From an uncultured Acidobacteriota bacterium (lineage in GTDB: Bacteria; Acidobacteriota; Thermoanaerobaculia; Gp7-AA8), in NCBI GenBank assembly GCA_963822445.1, contig CAWGHO010000001.1:704001-768000 (forward strand): DNA of 64,000 nucleotides. The letters run 5' to 3'. This document shows, piece by piece, positions 62,170-64,000 of the stretch (position 1 is its first letter; each line of letters begins with the position of its first letter). The notes below the pieces were generated by a model. It was not told the origin of the DNA and made no database searches. It saw nothing but the letters and a program-made list of their open reading frames with translations. Both the position numbers and the translations under genes were made by a program.

Positions 62170-64000
62170 TCCAGCAGCAGTCGCTCTTCGACCTCACGCC
62201 GCGCACGAAGCCGCGCCGAGAGCGCCACCGCAAACCTGGTCATCGAGGCCGGCGCCGGCACGGGCAAAACCACGGCGATCGTGGCCGAGGTGCTGAAGCT
62301 GATGCTCGAGCGCGAGGAGCTCGCGCCCGAGCGGATCGTGCTGATGACGTTCACCGAGAAGGCGGCGGGTGAGATTGCGGAGCGCATTCGCGCGGCGCTC
62401 GAAGAGCTGAGAATTGTGTCGGGTGCGGGTATCAGGCGCCGAGGTGTTCCCTCGGCCGAGCTCGGCTCGACACCCGACACAGTGCTGGCCCTCGGCTCCC
62501 CAACCCTCGTACATCGCGATCCTGAACGCGCCCGAACAACTCATCGCAAAGCATCTCGCGAACATCGACGCGCTGCGCTCGCAGACCATCCACTCCTTCT
62601 GCCAGTCGCTGCTGCGCGCGTTTCCGATCGAGGCGGGACTCGATCCGCAGTTCAAGATCGTGGAAGGCTTCGAGCGCTCCTGCTCTACGGGCAGGTGTAC
62701 GACGCGTGGCTCGATCAGGAGACGCGCGTCGAGCCGATGCCGGAGGTCGGTGCGGGAGTGGGAGCTGCTGTTCGCGCACGCCGGCTATCTCTTCCAGATC
62801 CGCGACCTGATCCTCGGCCTCATCGAGCGGCGCGATCTGCTCGCCGAGACGGAGGACGGCTTCGGCGATTTCAGCGACGTGCGAGACCAGGCTCGAAGAC
62901 GCCGTGCTGTGGATCCGCCGCGATACGGCGACGTGCAAGGATGCCGCGGCGGCGGGTCGCGGACGTACGTCCGCGCGACCGACGCGCGTTCGACGGCGGG
63001 TCGATGGACGCCTGGATCGAATACCTGCAGCCGATCGCCGCGAACATCCGCGCTCATCGACTTCCGTTACTGCGGCGCGCTCAAAGAGCCGATGACCTTC
63101 CTCCGCGCGGGCGACAAGCGGCAACTCCATCTACGACCGTCTGGTCGGCCATCGCGCTGCCATGGCCCTGCTGGCCATGACGCGCCGTTTCCTCGACTTT
63201 CTCGACGCGGAAAAGCGCAAGCTCGGCGTGGTCGACTTCGACGATCTCCTGCTGCGCACGCTCGCGCTGCTCGATGACGAGACCGTCCTGGCGCGCGCGC
63301 GGTCGCAGTTCGACTTCATCTTCGTCGACGAGTTCCAGGACACCGATCGTACCCAGGCGCGGATCATCGACAAGCTCGCGCGCGACGCGTCGGGCGCATT
63401 CGTGCCCGGCAAGACCATCGTCGTCGGCGATCCGAAGCAGTCGATCTACGGGTTCCGCCGCGCCGATCCGGAGACGTACTACCGGATGACCGAGGACCTC
63501 AAGGACAGCGGCGCGGAGCCGCGCGTCCTCGGCGAGCAGTATCGAAGCGACCCGCCGCTGGTCGAGACGATCAACGCCATGTTCACGCGGCTCTTTCCGC
63601 AGCAGCCGCACGATCCGAACGTTTTCCGTCCGGACTACAAACCGCTGCACGCCGCGCGCAAGACGGTCCGCCGCGAGCTCGATGCGCGGGTGACGCTGCT
63701 TGCCGCGCGCAGCATGACGAGAAATCGGATCGCTACTTCGCGGAGGCGGAGGCGATCGCGCAGTGGATCAGGGCGCGGAGCGACGGCGACCTGCGCCGCT
63801 TCGCGATTCTCTTCCGGCGGCTGACGAAGCTCGACGACTACCTCGACACCTTCGACCGCCATGGCATCGATTACGTGCTGCCGCCGACGCGGATGTTCCT
63901 CGACCGCCGCGCGCCGGTCGATCTCGTGGCCGTGCTGCGAGCGATCGCGTATCCGTTCGATCGGGGCGCGCAGATCTCCGCGGCGCGGACGCCGTACTTT
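62166..64000 (+). CDS. AddA/UvrD-like helicase, truncated by window end (apparent frameshifts)
   Basis: AGAGTGKT, TFTEKAA, TIHSFC, VDEFQD, VGDPKQSIYGFR. Confidence 0.88.

Noticed and set aside
51900-64000. Pseudogene cluster or programmed frameshifting
   Set aside because: Indels are dense, hit ftsY, and leave motifs unmutated; sequence error is more parsimonious.

Overview
High-GC bacterial chromosomal segment. Gene content (IPTL-CTERM/Calx-beta surface protein, TPR-CHAT protein, dockerin-tailed enzyme, several REP-like palindromes) suggests an Acidobacteriota-like genome, but the taxon is inference only. It holds about 60 genes: nitroreductase, pirin, MFS, pgm, an osmoprotectant ABC transporter, MarR-DoxX, MltF, a beta-oxidation operon, tRNA-Ala(CGC), RNase Z, a REC-EAL protein, a second phosphohexomutase, FtsY, a ClpX-like ATPase and AddB/AddA-like genes. 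From about 51.9 kb onward most genes carry indels, most plausibly sequencing or consensus errors. Unusual items: (1) a four-gene protease cassette (12.3-17.7 kb) with a membrane-anchored TPR-CHAT protease, an unknown beta-rich protein, a Nal1-like trypsin protease, and a small protein resembling a free copy of that protease's prodomain; (2) a ~460-bp intergenic element of two oppositely oriented arrays of 22-bp repeats (18.14-18.60 kb); (3) a non-coding 79-bp tandem array with internal hairpins behind an AT-rich leader (2.76-3.19 kb); (4) a divergent cohesin-like/dockerin gene pair; (5) an uncharacterised Cys-rich three-gene operon; (6) a papain/alpha-beta-hydrolase fusion islet next to tRNA-Ala. 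All family assignments come from motif reading, not database searches.
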